From assembly GCA_021295915.1 (NCBI GenBank), contig JAGWBK010000013.1, positions 940 to 64,939 on the forward strand: 64,000 nt of DNA, in the 5' to 3' direction. Positions 36,627 through 46,425 of the stretch are shown piece after piece (the stretch's first letter is position 1; each line of letters begins with the position of its first letter). The position numbers and the translations under genes were made by a program. A model generated the notes under the pieces. The model ran no database searches. It saw only the letters and a list, made by a program, of their open reading frames with translations, and had not been told where the DNA came from. Source of the stretch: Dehalococcoidia bacterium. GTDB taxonomy: Bacteria > Chloroflexota > Dehalococcoidia > Lucifugimonadales > UBA1123.

Positions 36627-37184
36627 TTGACCCAGGGCGAAGCACCTCCAATCGGTCGACGGATACTCACCTCCGATGAGATGCGGCGCGCGCTGGTCAG
36701 AATCTCCCACGAGATTCTGGAGCGCAACGGCGGCGCGGACGACCTCGTGATCGTGGGCCTCCACAGCGGGGGAGTCCCGATTGCGCAACGCATCGCGGAG
36801 TTCGTCAAGGGCTTCGAGGATAAGGACGTGCCGGTAGGCTCGCTCGACATAGGGCTGTACCGTGACGATCTGGCCGGCGGCGCACGCCCACTGATGCGCC
36901 CTACCAGCATACCGCCCATCCAGGGACTTCGCGTTGTGCTCGTCGACGACGTCCTGTACACCGGGCGCAGCATACGCGCCGCAATGGACGCGCTCACCGA
37001 CTTCGGACGGCCCAGCCAGATCCAGCTCGCCGTGCTCGTCGACCGCGGCCATCGCGAGCTGCCATTGCGGGCCGACTACGTGGGTAAGAACGTCCCAACC
37101 TCCAACGACGAGGAGGTGGACGTGAGGCTGACAGAGATCGACAGCGTGGACGAGGTGCTCCTGTCCAGAAAGGTGGACGCATGA
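36624..37184 (+). CDS. pyrR: bifunctional pyr operon regulator / uracil phosphoribosyltransferase PyrR
   Basis: [18 protein letters not shown]...[21 protein letters not shown] (PRPP motif); TTG start directly after the terminator. Confidence 0.9.
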   Translation: MLTQGEAPPIGRRILTSDEMRRALVRISHEILERNGGADDLVIVGLHSGGVPIAQRIAEFVKGFEDKDVPVGSLDIGLYRDDLAGGARPLMRPTSIPPIQGLRVVLVDDVLYTGRSIRAAMDALTDFGRPSQIQLAVLVDRGHRELPLRADYVGKNVPTSNDEEVDVRLTEIDSVDEVLLSRKVDA

Positions 37185-38218
37185 CTCAGACGATCCCAAT
37201 AGAGCGGCCTCCGGTCGTGCCGTTCGAGCGCCCAAGGCCGACCTACGTCCCCGGACGCAGGCACGTACTCGACATGGACGACTTCTCCCGTCAGGAGATC
37301 GAGGACACATTCCAGAACGCCGACGCCATGCGCGAGGTGATGAACCGCGAGATCAAGAAGGTGCCCACGCTGAGGGGCAAGACGGTCATCACCCTGTTCA
37401 CAGAGGCGAGCACGCGCACGCGGGTGTCGTTCGAGCAGGCTGGCAAGATACTTAGCGCAGACGTCATCAACGTGTCCGGCTCAGGCAGCAGCGTGGAGAA
37501 GGGTGAGTCACTGTACAACACCGCGCTCACGTTGCAGGCCATGAACGCCGACATCATCGTCGTCAGGCACGGACACTCCGGCGCTCCCCACTTCCTGGCG
37601 CGGCACCTGGACGCGTGCGTCATCAACGCCGGAGACGGTGCCCATGCACACCCGACGCAGGCGCTGCTGGATATGTACACAATGCGCAACTACTTCGGCC
37701 GCGTCGAGGGACTCAAGGTGGCCATCGTAGGCGACATCCTGTACAGCCGTGTCGCACGCTCCAACCTGTGGGGACTGACAACGATGGGCGCTGAAGTAAC
37801 GCTCTGCGCCCCACCTACACTGCTTCCCCAGGACCTGCTCGACCGGAGGGCCGACATCGAAGGCCACCCGTTCGCGAATGTCAGGATCGTCACAGACATC
37901 GAAAACGCTCTCGAAGGTGCGGACGTGGTGTACGCGCTGCGACTGCAGCTCGAACGTCAGCAGGCCGGGCACCTTCCTTCGCTGAGAGAGTACTCACGTG
38001 AGTACGGCATCAACGAGGAGCGGCTGAAGCTGGCAAGTCCGGGAGCACTGGTGATGCACCCCGGCCCGATGAACGAGGGCGTGGAGATAGACCCGGCAGT
38101 CGCCCACGGCTCACGCTCGATGATCGAAGAACAGGTCACAAACGGCGTAGCCATCCGCATGGCGCTGCTGTACAGCGTGGCCACTCCAATCCGAGAAGGC
38201 TATCCAAGACTGCCGTAG
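37181..38218 (+). CDS. pyrB: aspartate carbamoyltransferase catalytic subunit
   Basis: [21 protein letters not shown] and MHPGPMNEG motifs; 4-nt overlap with pyrR. Confidence 0.95.
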   Translation: MTQTIPIERPPVVPFERPRPTYVPGRRHVLDMDDFSRQEIEDTFQNADAMREVMNREIKKVPTLRGKTVITLFTEASTRTRVSFEQAGKILSADVINVSGSGSSVEKGESLYNTALTLQAMNADIIVVRHGHSGAPHFLARHLDACVINAGDGAHAHPTQALLDMYTMRNYFGRVEGLKVAIVGDILYSRVARSNLWGLTTMGAEVTLCAPPTLLPQDLLDRRADIEGHPFANVRIVTDIENALEGADVVYALRLQLERQQAGHLPSLREYSREYGINEERLKLASPGALVMHPGPMNEGVEIDPAVAHGSRSMIEEQVTNGVAIRMALLYSVATPIREGYPRLP

Positions 38219-38310
38219 AGGAGTGAGAGGCGGCCACAAGCTTCCCCTTCCCTAAAGGAACAACAGAAGTGGGTGAAGGTATGCGGACCAGCATGGACAC
38301 CAGCCATTAG

Positions 38311-38360
38311 GCCCCCTCTTCCGCCGCGGAGGGTTGGGGTGAGGGTGAAAAGGCCGAACA
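38311..38360. repeat. Rep-A copy (degenerate hairpin)
   Basis: GCCCCCTCTTCCGCCGCGGAGGGTTGGGGTGAGGGTGAAAAGGCC. Confidence 0.75.
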
Positions 38361-38391
38361 CCCACCTCACACACCCGCAGGAGCAGACCAT

Positions 38392-38802
38392 ATGCAAGAA
38401 GAATCACCAGAACCCCGCACCGACAGGCCCACCTCCTACCCAGGCTGGGATGGGACACTCCCCCGCCACAGGGCGACCCTGATCATGTGGCGCGGCGGCA
38501 GATTGCTTCTGGTCAGGGACCGAGGGCGCGATGCCTATGTTCTCCCCGGCGGAGGCATCGAGCGCGATGAGCTTCCGATCATAGCGGCCGCGAGAGAGCT
38601 TCATGAGGAGACCAGTCTGGAGGCGATGTCAATCAGGTACCTGTTCACGCACGAGGGCAAGTACAACGACCACCACCTCTACGAAGTGGAAGCCGAGGGC
38701 GAAGTCGTCGTGCGGGGCGATGTCGACGGCTTCACATGGTGGGACACCAGGGACGACACGCCTGTCTTCCCGCACGTGCGCGGAATCGTCGCGCGGCTCT
38801 GA
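38392..38802 (+). CDS. NUDIX hydrolase (tandem paralog 1; Nudix-box Gly replaced by Ser)
   Basis: LPGGGIERDELPIIAAARELHEETSL; the start may be later (ATG near 38485). Confidence 0.8.
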   Translation: MQEESPEPRTDRPTSYPGWDGTLPRHRATLIMWRGGRLLLVRDRGRDAYVLPGGGIERDELPIIAAARELHEETSLEAMSIRYLFTHEGKYNDHHLYEVEAEGEVVVRGDVDGFTWWDTRDDTPVFPHVRGIVARL

Positions 38803-38808
38803 AGCCAG

Positions 38809-39216
38809 ATGGGCAACACACCTAAGAGAAAGATCCGGCACCGGGCGACCGCACTGGTAATGCGTGACGGAAAGCTCCTACTGCTCAGGGAGCCGGTGGA
38901 CGTCGAATTCAGTCTGCCCGGTGGAGGGATAGAGGATGGCGAACCCCTGCTGGTTGCATTGCACAGAGAGTTGAAGGAGGAGACAGGACTAGTCGCCTCC
39001 AGGGTTGACTATCTCTTCGAGTACTGCGAGTTCTTCGGCTGCCAGAAAACTGGCGACTTCTGGGGACAGGTACACAGCGTTTTTCTTGTTGAAGCGAGCG
39101 GCGAAGTCTCACTCAGCTATGAGCATGTCGAACTCGCATGGTGGGACGGCGAGTCCGATCTACCCATGTGGGACTACGTGCGACCGATGCTGACTATGTT
39201 GAATAGGAGTGAATAA
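38809..39216 (+). CDS. NUDIX hydrolase (tandem paralog 2)
   Basis: LPGGGIEDGEPLLVALHRELKEETGL is a complete Nudix box. It shares RHRATxxVMRDGKLLLLRE with paralog 1. Confidence 0.85.
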   Translation: MGNTPKRKIRHRATALVMRDGKLLLLREPVDVEFSLPGGGIEDGEPLLVALHRELKEETGLVASRVDYLFEYCEFFGCQKTGDFWGQVHSVFLVEASGEVSLSYEHVELAWWDGESDLPMWDYVRPMLTMLNRSE

Positions 39217-40552
39217 AGTGGCGCTAGTTGTCATAAAGGGCGGTAGGGTAATCGACCCGTCAGAGGGCGTGGACATGATCGGAGACGTTCTCATCGGGGA
39301 TGGCAGAGTCGTTCGTGTCGAAGCCAATATCGCGACACCTGAGAACGCTCAAGTCATCGACGCTGAAAGAATGGTAGTCAGTCCCGGGTTCATCGACCTC
39401 CACTGTCACCTGCGTGATCCCGGACTGGAGTACAAGGAGACCATCGCCTCGGGCACCCGCGCCGCCGCGAAGGGCGGCTTCACGACCGTGTGCGCGATGC
39501 CGAACACCGAGCCTACCATGCACACTCGCGCCACGGTCGAGTACGTGATGGAGAAGGCCCGGACGGAGGGCGCGGTGCGTGTTCTCCCCATCGGATGCGT
39601 CACGAAGCGATCAGCGGGAGCTGAACTCGCAGAGATGGCAGAGCTCGCAGAGGCTGGCTGCATCGGCTTCAGTGACGACGGTCACCCGGTTGTCGACTCC
39701 AACATCATGCGACAGGCTCTGAGCTACGCGTCAGGACTCGGGCTCCCGATCATCAACCACTGCGAGACGCCGGACCTGTTCAGGGATGGCCACATGAACG
39801 AGGGGTGGGTGTCCAATCGTCTCGGAATCCAGGGAGCGCCCAACTCGGCGGAGGAGACGATGGTCGCGCGCGACATCATGCTCGCCGAGCTTACCGGTGG
39901 ACACATCCACCTGGCGCACATTTCAACTGAGCGAACGCTGGACCTCGTCCGCAGCGCGAAGGAGCGCGGTGTCCGTGTGACCTGCGAGATCACGCCTCAC
40001 CACCTCACGCTGACCGACGAGGCGGTAATGGGCAACGCTGGCGGCCATCCATTCGACGCGCTAGAGACCGCCGCGTACGACACCTATGCCAAGGTGAACC
40101 CACCGTTGCGCGCCCGCTCCGACATGGAGATTATGGCCGCTGGCCTCTGCGACGGTACGATCGACGTGATCGCTACCGACCACGCTCCGCACAATCAGAT
40201 CGAAAAGCTGTGCACCTTCGAGGAGGCGGCGATGGGCATCAGCAACCTGGAGACTGCGCTCGGGTCTGTCATGTCGCTGGTGCACGCAGGCCAGGTCGGA
40301 CTGCCGCTCATGATCGAGAAGCTGACCTCGGCTCCAGCAGAGTTCCTGGGCCGCACCGACATCGGCAGCCTCAAGCCCGGCGCCAACGCCGACGTCACGA
40401 TCTTCGACCCCAACGCCAAGTGGACGGTCGACGTCGATGCGTTCGAGTCCAAGGGCAAGAACTCCCCCCTCCACGGCCAAACCCTCCACGGCCAGGTGTC
40501 AATGACGCTGGTGGGCGGTAAGGTGGTGTACTCGAACGGACACGCCTCTTGA
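39209..40552 (+). CDS. pyrC: dihydroorotase
   Basis: FIDLHCHLRDPG...TVCAMPNT...HLAHIST...IATDHAPH. Confidence 0.95.
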   Translation: MNKVALVVIKGGRVIDPSEGVDMIGDVLIGDGRVVRVEANIATPENAQVIDAERMVVSPGFIDLHCHLRDPGLEYKETIASGTRAAAKGGFTTVCAMPNTEPTMHTRATVEYVMEKARTEGAVRVLPIGCVTKRSAGAELAEMAELAEAGCIGFSDDGHPVVDSNIMRQALSYASGLGLPIINHCETPDLFRDGHMNEGWVSNRLGIQGAPNSAEETMVARDIMLAELTGGHIHLAHISTERTLDLVRSAKERGVRVTCEITPHHLTLTDEAVMGNAGGHPFDALETAAYDTYAKVNPPLRARSDMEIMAAGLCDGTIDVIATDHAPHNQIEKLCTFEEAAMGISNLETALGSVMSLVHAGQVGLPLMIEKLTSAPAEFLGRTDIGSLKPGANADVTIFDPNAKWTVDVDAFESKGKNSPLHGQTLHGQVSMTLVGGKVVYSNGHAS

Positions 40553-40598
40553 TGATGACGTACAATCAGATCGTCTAAGGTTGATCGGAGGTGCGTGA

Positions 40599-40835
40599 AT
40601 GCCTGAGCTAGACCGGATAACTCATGATCCCCAGGTAATGGGGGGACGTGCATGTATTCGTGGTATGCGCATCACGGTTTCCCTCGTGCTGAATCTGGTA
40701 GCCAGCGGCATGTCCACGGACGAGATCATAGAAGCGTATCCGTACCTCGAATCCGAAGATGTCCGTCAATGCCTACGATATGCAGCGTGGCTGGCGGAAG
40801 AGAGCATTCACCCGATGGAGCCTGTCACAACGTGA
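40599..40835 (+). CDS. DUF433 protein (antitoxin-like)
   Basis: ITHDPQVMGGRACIRGMRITVSLVLNLVASGMSTDEIIEAYPYLESEDVRQCLRYAA matches the DUF433 pattern. Confidence 0.85.
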   Translation: MPELDRITHDPQVMGGRACIRGMRITVSLVLNLVASGMSTDEIIEAYPYLESEDVRQCLRYAAWLAEESIHPMEPVTT

Positions 40836-41209
40836 GGTTCCTGGCAGACGTTGGGATTTCTCCTCTAACAGTTGAGTTCCTAAATTGCCTCGGGCACGAT
40901 GCTCTTCATCTCTATGAACAACGCCTCCACAGGATGAAGGACCCGGACATACTGCACAAGGCCCGCAGTGAAAGCCGCATACTCCTTACTCATGACCTCG
41001 ACTTTGGCGAGCTAATGGCTGCGAGTGGTGCCGAACTGCCGAGTGTGATCATCTTTCGCCTCAGAAGAATGCAGCCTCAGATCCTCAATAATCACTTAAC
41101 GTACCTGATCTCGGAATTTGAACCAGACATTGACCGAGGAGCTATTTTAAGCGTGAGCGAACGTCAGGTTCGCGTCCGGCATCTCCCAATAGAACGGCGT
41201 GAGCCATAG
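40832..41209 (+). CDS. DUF5615 (Mut7-C/PIN-like) protein, partner of DUF433
   Basis: VRFLADVGISPLTVEFL...ILLTHDLDFGEL; GTG 40832 overlaps the DUF433 stop (GTGA). Confidence 0.8.
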   Translation: MRFLADVGISPLTVEFLNCLGHDALHLYEQRLHRMKDPDILHKARSESRILLTHDLDFGELMAASGAELPSVIIFRLRRMQPQILNNHLTYLISEFEPDIDRGAILSVSERQVRVRHLPIERREP

Positions 41210-41389
41210 ACGGTCTTGGAGACTTACTTTGGAAGAATCGCGGAGAGACACTACCACCACTCGTGCGTTCGGTACATGAAGCTTGGCAAAACAGTGGTTC
41301 GGGCAATTTGAGGGATGGGAGACGAAGGTGGTTGAGGCTCCTACCAGGTGCTGATGTCTTCCTACGGCCAATTGTGGGGTGAACTACCC

Positions 41390-41632
41390 TCAGCCAGACC
41401 CCAATCTCCCCTCCGCAAGTTCCATCAGCCTCTCATTTACCCCCGACCGATCAGCCGGCTCCACCGGATCAGGCAGAGCCTTCAGCTCTGGAAGCAGATC
41501 TCGTTTCAGCACCGACGCTTCCTCGTCGGTTAGCGACGACATGGCGATGACGTCGTCAGGACCCCACATCACGGCAAGCCTGAACCCGTAGTCTGCGACG
41601 GCCATCTCTATCAGTTCTCTCAATGTCTCCAC
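41390..41632 (-). CDS. hypothetical small protein (LigA/NHLP-like helical N-region)
   Basis: ORF only. ELIEMAVADYGFRLAVMWGPDDVIAMSSLTDEEASVL loosely resembles LigA/NHLP-clan helices. Confidence 0.35.
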   Translation of the reverse strand: METLRELIEMAVADYGFRLAVMWGPDDVIAMSSLTDEEASVLKRDLLPELKALPDPVEPADRSGVNERLMELAEGRLGSG

Positions 41633-41672
41633 GGTCTTAGGACCTCCTCAACGTGGGATAACGCTGCAGCGT

Positions 41673-42437
41673 CTACTGACTGGAAAGATTTCCGCCGCCA
41701 TCGATTATGTAGCTGGCCCCCGTGATGAATGAAGACTGTTCCGACGCCAGGAAGAGAATGAGTTGAGCTATGTCTGAGGGCTTCCCCGGTCTTCCCAGGA
41801 GAATCTCGTTGGTCCTCTCCTCAAACCGCTCCGTGCTGCCCGTCGATCCCCTGGCCTGCGGCGTGTCTGTAAGTCCTGGAAGGATGACATTCGACCGAAT
41901 CCCGTACTCAGCGTACTCACTCGCGACCGCCCTTCCCAGACTGATCAAACCGGCCTTGCTGATGCCGTACGGACTGGCCATGCCCCCTCCTCCGAGGGCC
42001 GATACCGAGGATATCGAAACGACCGCCCCACCCTTTTCCATCATGTGAGGCAGCACATACTTGCAGCAGTAGAAGGCACCCTTCAGATTTGTCTGCAGGG
42101 TCAGATCCCATTCCAAGTCGGTGATTTCATGGACTCGATGCACCATACGAATGAAGATCCCAGCGTTGTTCACCAGGATATCCGGGGGACCAAATCGTTC
42201 AACGGCCCGCTCCACCATCCGCTGCACGTCGCCAGACTTGGAAACGTCGGTCTCGACGTATATGGCGTCGCCGCCCCGTTCATTGATGCTGGCCACCGTT
42301 CGCTCGCCCTCGACATCGTTCCGGTCAGCCACGACCACGGAAGCGCCCTCACTCGAAAACAGCTCGGCTGTCGCCCTACCGATGCCCGTAGCGGCGCCAG
42401 TGATGATCGATACTTTGCCCTCAAGAATTCTTGCCAT
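41673..42437 (-). CDS. SDR-family oxidoreductase (FabG-like)
   Basis: ITGAATGIGRA, NNAG and YGISKAG (YxxxK). Confidence 0.9.
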   Translation of the reverse strand: MARILEGKVSIITGAATGIGRATAELFSSEGASVVVADRNDVEGERTVASINERGGDAIYVETDVSKSGDVQRMVERAVERFGPPDILVNNAGIFIRMVHRVHEITDLEWDLTLQTNLKGAFYCCKYVLPHMMEKGGAVVSISSVSALGGGGMASPYGISKAGLISLGRAVASEYAEYGIRSNVILPGLTDTPQARGSTGSTERFEERTNEILLGRPGKPSDIAQLILFLASEQSSFITGASYIIDGGGNLSSQ

Positions 42438-42626
42438 TATGTCCTCTCCAGTCGCGACTTAGCGTGTACGCTGGGAGATGGCTTACCCACTTCAAGTGCC
42501 TCATGTACGCCGTAGGTAGGCTGCCCCGTTCGCCTGTCGAGTTTAGCATCGTATGATATCCAGAGGTAATCGGCTGCAGTCAGACGAACCTGTATCAGTT
42601 TAGTCGGCCCCACGCTCCGGCATCGA

Positions 42627-42698
42627 AAGTCCCCTCTCCCTCAGGGAGAGGGTTAGGGTGAGGGTGAAAACACTGCCTATCAAACTGACACAAGCTCC
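42627..42698. repeat. Rep-A long form
   Basis: AAGTCCCCTCTCCCTCAGGGAGAGGGTTAGGGTGAGGGTGAAAACACTGCCTATCAAACTGACACAAGCTC. Confidence 0.85.
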
Positions 42699-42751
42699 AG
42701 GCAGACGCCAAGCCGTATGGTACCGTTTGTCCCGACATAGGAGATAACACC

Positions 42752-43612
42752 ATGACAACCGACCAGGACACCAGCACTTGGAAGAAGACCCCCGACGGCA
42801 TCCCCATCCCGCCACCGTCGCCGGACGACGTGCTGTACGAGGCCAGAGACGGGGTCGCGCGGATTACGCTAAATCGCCCCATCGTGCTCAACGCCATCAA
42901 CAAGAACGTCAATCGACTCCTCGACGGCGCTTTCGACCAGGCCGAGTCAGACGAGGACGTGCGCGCTGTGATCCTGACAGGGGCCGGACGCGCCTTCTCG
43001 GCGGGAGGCGACCTGTGGTCGTCGCTCTACCCTGACGACGACCCCGCTCCGAACGCGATCGATCTGCAGCTACGCATCTGGTCGTTCCCGAAGCCCGTGA
43101 TCGCAGCAGTACGCGGCCACGCTGTGGGCCAGGGATGCGAGCTGGCAGGCGTGTGCGACCTTACCATCGCCGCCGAGAGTGCGCGTATGGGCGAGATCCA
43201 GATACGCCACGGATTCGGCATTCCGATGCTCATCACTCCCTTTATCACCGGACAGAAGCAGGCCAAAGAGATACTGCTCCTGGGCGAGATCGTCACAGCA
43301 GAGGACGCTCTGCGCATGGGCATGGTCAACCGAGTCGTCCCGGACGACGAGCTAGATGAGGCCGCCAACGAGATGGCGCACAAGCTCGCGGTGCTCCCGC
43401 CTTCGGTGGTCCGGCTCAACAAGCGACTCGTCAACCTCGTGTACGAGCAGATGGGCCTGATCGACTCCGTTCGCTACCGCGAAAACGACGCGCTTCAGGA
43501 CATGCTGGAGGCGGAGGACACGGTCGGCGCCGGACGTCATCGCATTCGCGAGGAGCAGGGATGGGCCGCGTTCAAGCACGAACGCGACCATGGGTACAAA
43601 GAATCAAGATAG
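42752..43612 (+). CDS. enoyl-CoA hydratase/isomerase (crotonase) family protein
   Basis: VARITLNRP...VILTGAGRAFSAGGDL...KPVIAAVRGHAVGQGCEL. Confidence 0.9.
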   Translation: MTTDQDTSTWKKTPDGIPIPPPSPDDVLYEARDGVARITLNRPIVLNAINKNVNRLLDGAFDQAESDEDVRAVILTGAGRAFSAGGDLWSSLYPDDDPAPNAIDLQLRIWSFPKPVIAAVRGHAVGQGCELAGVCDLTIAAESARMGEIQIRHGFGIPMLITPFITGQKQAKEILLLGEIVTAEDALRMGMVNRVVPDDELDEAANEMAHKLAVLPPSVVRLNKRLVNLVYEQMGLIDSVRYRENDALQDMLEAEDTVGAGRHRIREEQGWAAFKHERDHGYKESR

Positions 43613-43701
43613 ACATAACGTAAACTCTGTGATGGTTCAGTCCTTGCATGTAGAGGAGCATCCACATTCCACTGTCCTTCACCTGGCCTAAAACCCTCTC
43701 C

Positions 43702-44850
43702 ATGATCGCTCTAACGATCCTGTTCGCGATCGGCTGCTCATCAGGACCGCCTCCACCGGAACCCGCTTCCGAACTTGCACCGTCTCTAGTCGTGCCGCCG
43801 ACTCAGACCCCCGCTCCCACTCCCACAGCCGAACCATCGCCTGTCGAGTCTCCGCCACAGTCGTCTACAACGGCAGTGGTCTTCCCAAAGGACGAAGGGT
43901 CTCATGACACGCCCATCGAATGGTGGTACTTCAACGGGATGCTGCGCGACAATGCCGGCGGCGAATACAGTTATCACTTCGTCACCTTCCAGTTGGAGGG
44001 AACTAGCGGCGGTACACCTCACCTGTTGCAGGCGACCCTGGGAGACCACCGGAGCGGTGCGCACTACGACGCGGAAACTCCGGCGCTGGCGCCGACACAG
44101 CCCGAAGCCGACGGGGTGGACATCGCTACCGGCGGTTGGACCATGCGCGGTGGTCCTGACGGCTACGATATGGGCTTCCAGCTCAGCGGAGCAGATGGCC
44201 CGGTTGACCTGGAACTGAGCGCAGTGTCCCAACGGGAGCCGGTGTTGCACGGTGGTAACGGCCTTGTGGACATGGGGCCGGAGGCAGGCTCAACGTACTA
44301 CTACTCCCGTACTCGCCTCGCAGTATCCGGTTGGATAGACGACACTGGAGGGCGCCGCGAGGTGAGCGGCCCGGGCTGGATGGATCATCAATGGGGCGAT
44401 ATCACCCGAACTGACATCGGGTGGGACTGGTCCAGCATTCAGCTTGATGACGGCTCGGACCTGATGGTTGCTGTTATATGGGACCCGGACGGACACCGCC
44501 ATCTGGCCGGGCACGGCACCTACCGGGAGCCCAACGGCGGCGTGACCCACTACGACGAGGATGACATTTCGATTACCCCGCTGGGAATCTGGGTGAGCCC
44601 GGAAACTGGCGTAGAGTACCCATCGGGCTGGCGGGTGGAGGTCGCACCTCTGGGACTGGACCTGGAGTTGACGCCTTATGTGGAACAGTCCGAGTTCACC
44701 AGCGAGTTCATAAAAGTATCCTACTGGGAGGGGGCGGTTTCAGTGACCGGACAACGCGAGGGCCAGCCTGTAACGGGCTGGGGTTTCGTGGAACTGGTGG
44801 GCTACGACCCGAAGCAACTGGAAGCTACGCCCAGCCCGCAGCAACCGTAG
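43702..44850 (+). CDS. AttH/CrtC-like (carotenoid 1,2-hydratase-type lipocalin) lipoprotein
   Basis: Lipobox FAIGCS; FPKDEGSHDTPIEWWYFNGML...YYYSRTRL...GWMDHQWG. Confidence 0.7.
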   Translation: MIALTILFAIGCSSGPPPPEPASELAPSLVVPPTQTPAPTPTAEPSPVESPPQSSTTAVVFPKDEGSHDTPIEWWYFNGMLRDNAGGEYSYHFVTFQLEGTSGGTPHLLQATLGDHRSGAHYDAETPALAPTQPEADGVDIATGGWTMRGGPDGYDMGFQLSGADGPVDLELSAVSQREPVLHGGNGLVDMGPEAGSTYYYSRTRLAVSGWIDDTGGRREVSGPGWMDHQWGDITRTDIGWDWSSIQLDDGSDLMVAVIWDPDGHRHLAGHGTYREPNGGVTHYDEDDISITPLGIWVSPETGVEYPSGWRVEVAPLGLDLELTPYVEQSEFTSEFIKVSYWEGAVSVTGQREGQPVTGWGFVELVGYDPKQLEATPSPQQP

Positions 44851-45003
44851 TGGTCAAGTCAGCCGCTGTCGTCGAAGTCCGACAGTTCTAGGTTCCATGA
44901 CGGTGCAATCATGCACAGTCGGCTCAAATCTGCTTTGCACGCGAGGGCGAATCGCCTTTATCCTGTATGGGCCCAGCCTGCCCCGGAGGTTCGTCTGCGA
45001 CCA

Positions 45004-46093
45004 ATGACTCAATTCGCCCACCTGGTACTTGAAGACGGCTCGTCTTATAACGTCGCAGCGGACGCACGGTGAGGTCGTGTTCAACACGTCGATGACGGGG
45101 TACCAGGAGATCCTCACCGACCCGTCTTACGCTGGTCAGATCGTAGTGCCGACGTACCCGCTCATCGGCAACTACGGGATCAACAGGGACGACTACGAAT
45201 CGCGCAAGATCCAGGTATCAGGATTCGTAGTGCGCGACCACTGCGATGCTCCGAGCCACGCTGCCAGCGACATGACGCTGGACGACTTCCTGAAGTCGCA
45301 GGGCATCGTCGGACTCAGCGGCGTGGATACGCGTGCGATCACCCGCCGGCTCAGGACGAGCGGTGTAATGATGGGCACCATCGCGATCGCTGAGTCACCG
45401 GAACAGGCTCTCGCCAGACTCAGGGAGATGCCGACCTACGAAGGCACAGACTTCGTGCGAGAGGTCTCGACCGCTGAGCCGTACGGCTGGGAGACTCCCC
45501 TGACCGGTGTTGAGCCGCTTGAAAGAAAGTACCGTGTGCTGGTCTCAGACTGCGGTCTGAAGTACAACATACTGCGCAACCTGCGCACGCGCGGATGCGA
45601 GGTCATGGCATACCCGGCAACCGCGTCGGCAGATGATCTGCTCGCGATGAAGCCGGATGGCGTGCTGATGTCTCCCGGTCCCGGCGACCCGGACCTGCTG
45701 GACTACGCAGTCGACACCGCCAAGGGGCTGGTCGGTCGTGTGCCGATGATGGGCATCTGCCTCGGCAACCAGATCATTGCCCGTGCGTTCGGAGGCCGGA
45801 ACTACAAGCTGAAGTTTGGGCACAGGGGCGGCAACCACCCGGTCAAGGAGATCGCAACGGGCCGCGTCCACATAACCGCACAGAACCACGGATACGCCGT
45901 CGACCCCGACAGCCTGCCGTCAGACCTCGAGGTCAGCCACATCAACCTCAACGACGGGACAGTCGAGGGCCTTCGACACACATCCCTACCGATCATGAGC
46001 ATCCAGTACCACTCCGAAGCATCCCCCGGCCCCCGCGACAACGAGTACCTCTTCGACAGATTTATGGACCTCGTAAGGGAGCACTCGTCCTGA
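45004..46093 (+). CDS. carA: carbamoyl-phosphate synthase small (glutaminase) subunit with an apparent +1 frame break near 45064-45072
   Basis: The ORF-track CDS 45029-46093 has GEVVFNTSMTGYQEILTDPSY, MGICLGNQ and HGYAV. The canonical N-terminus MTQFAHLVLEDGSSY is in the other frame, starting at ATG 45004 and ending at TGA 45070-45072. Confidence 0.85.
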
Positions 46094-46118
46094 TTCGCAT
46101 TTCTCTTCAGACGCGTCC

Positions 46119-46163
46119 ATGATGTGATATTATGATGTCTAAGAATGATGCTGGATAATGATG
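46119..46163 (+). promoter_or_regulatory. four phased ATGATG direct repeats (candidate VapB operator/promoter)
   Basis: ATGATG occurs at 46119, 46132, 46145 and 46158 (exact 13-nt period), ending 23 nt before the vapB ATG. GATAAT at 46154-46159 is a possible -10. Confidence 0.45.
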
Positions 46164-46185
46164 CAAATAAATGTGAGGCTGTCCG

Positions 46186-46425
46186 ATGAGGACTACACTC
46201 GACATCGATAGCAGATTGCTGGATCGGGTTGTTAACGCCACAGGTGAAAGTTCCAAGAGTAAGGCCGTTAACGTGGCACTCAAGGAGTTCATTCGTCGGA
46301 AGTATGCTCAGGAGCTAATAGACTCGTGGGGCAGAATCGTCGTTGACGACTTCAGTGAAGAAGCCGCCAAACTCGACGAGAGACGAAGGAGTTTCCTGGA
46401 TTCCATCGGGAAGGATCCTTCTTGA
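46186..46425 (+). CDS. vapB: VapB-type antitoxin (DUF2191/RHH-like)
   Basis: MRTTLDIDSRLLDRVVNATGESSKSKAVNVALKEFIRR. Confidence 0.8.
   Translation: MRTTLDIDSRLLDRVVNATGESSKSKAVNVALKEFIRRKYAQELIDSWGRIVVDDFSEEAAKLDERRRSFLDSIGKDPS

Noticed and set aside
41390-41632. NHLP/Nif11-like RiPP precursor peptide.
   Set aside because: The N-terminal helices only loosely resemble leader peptides. There is no Gly-Gly cleavage motif followed by a Cys/Ser/Thr-rich core, and no maturase, cyclodehydratase or transporter gene nearby.
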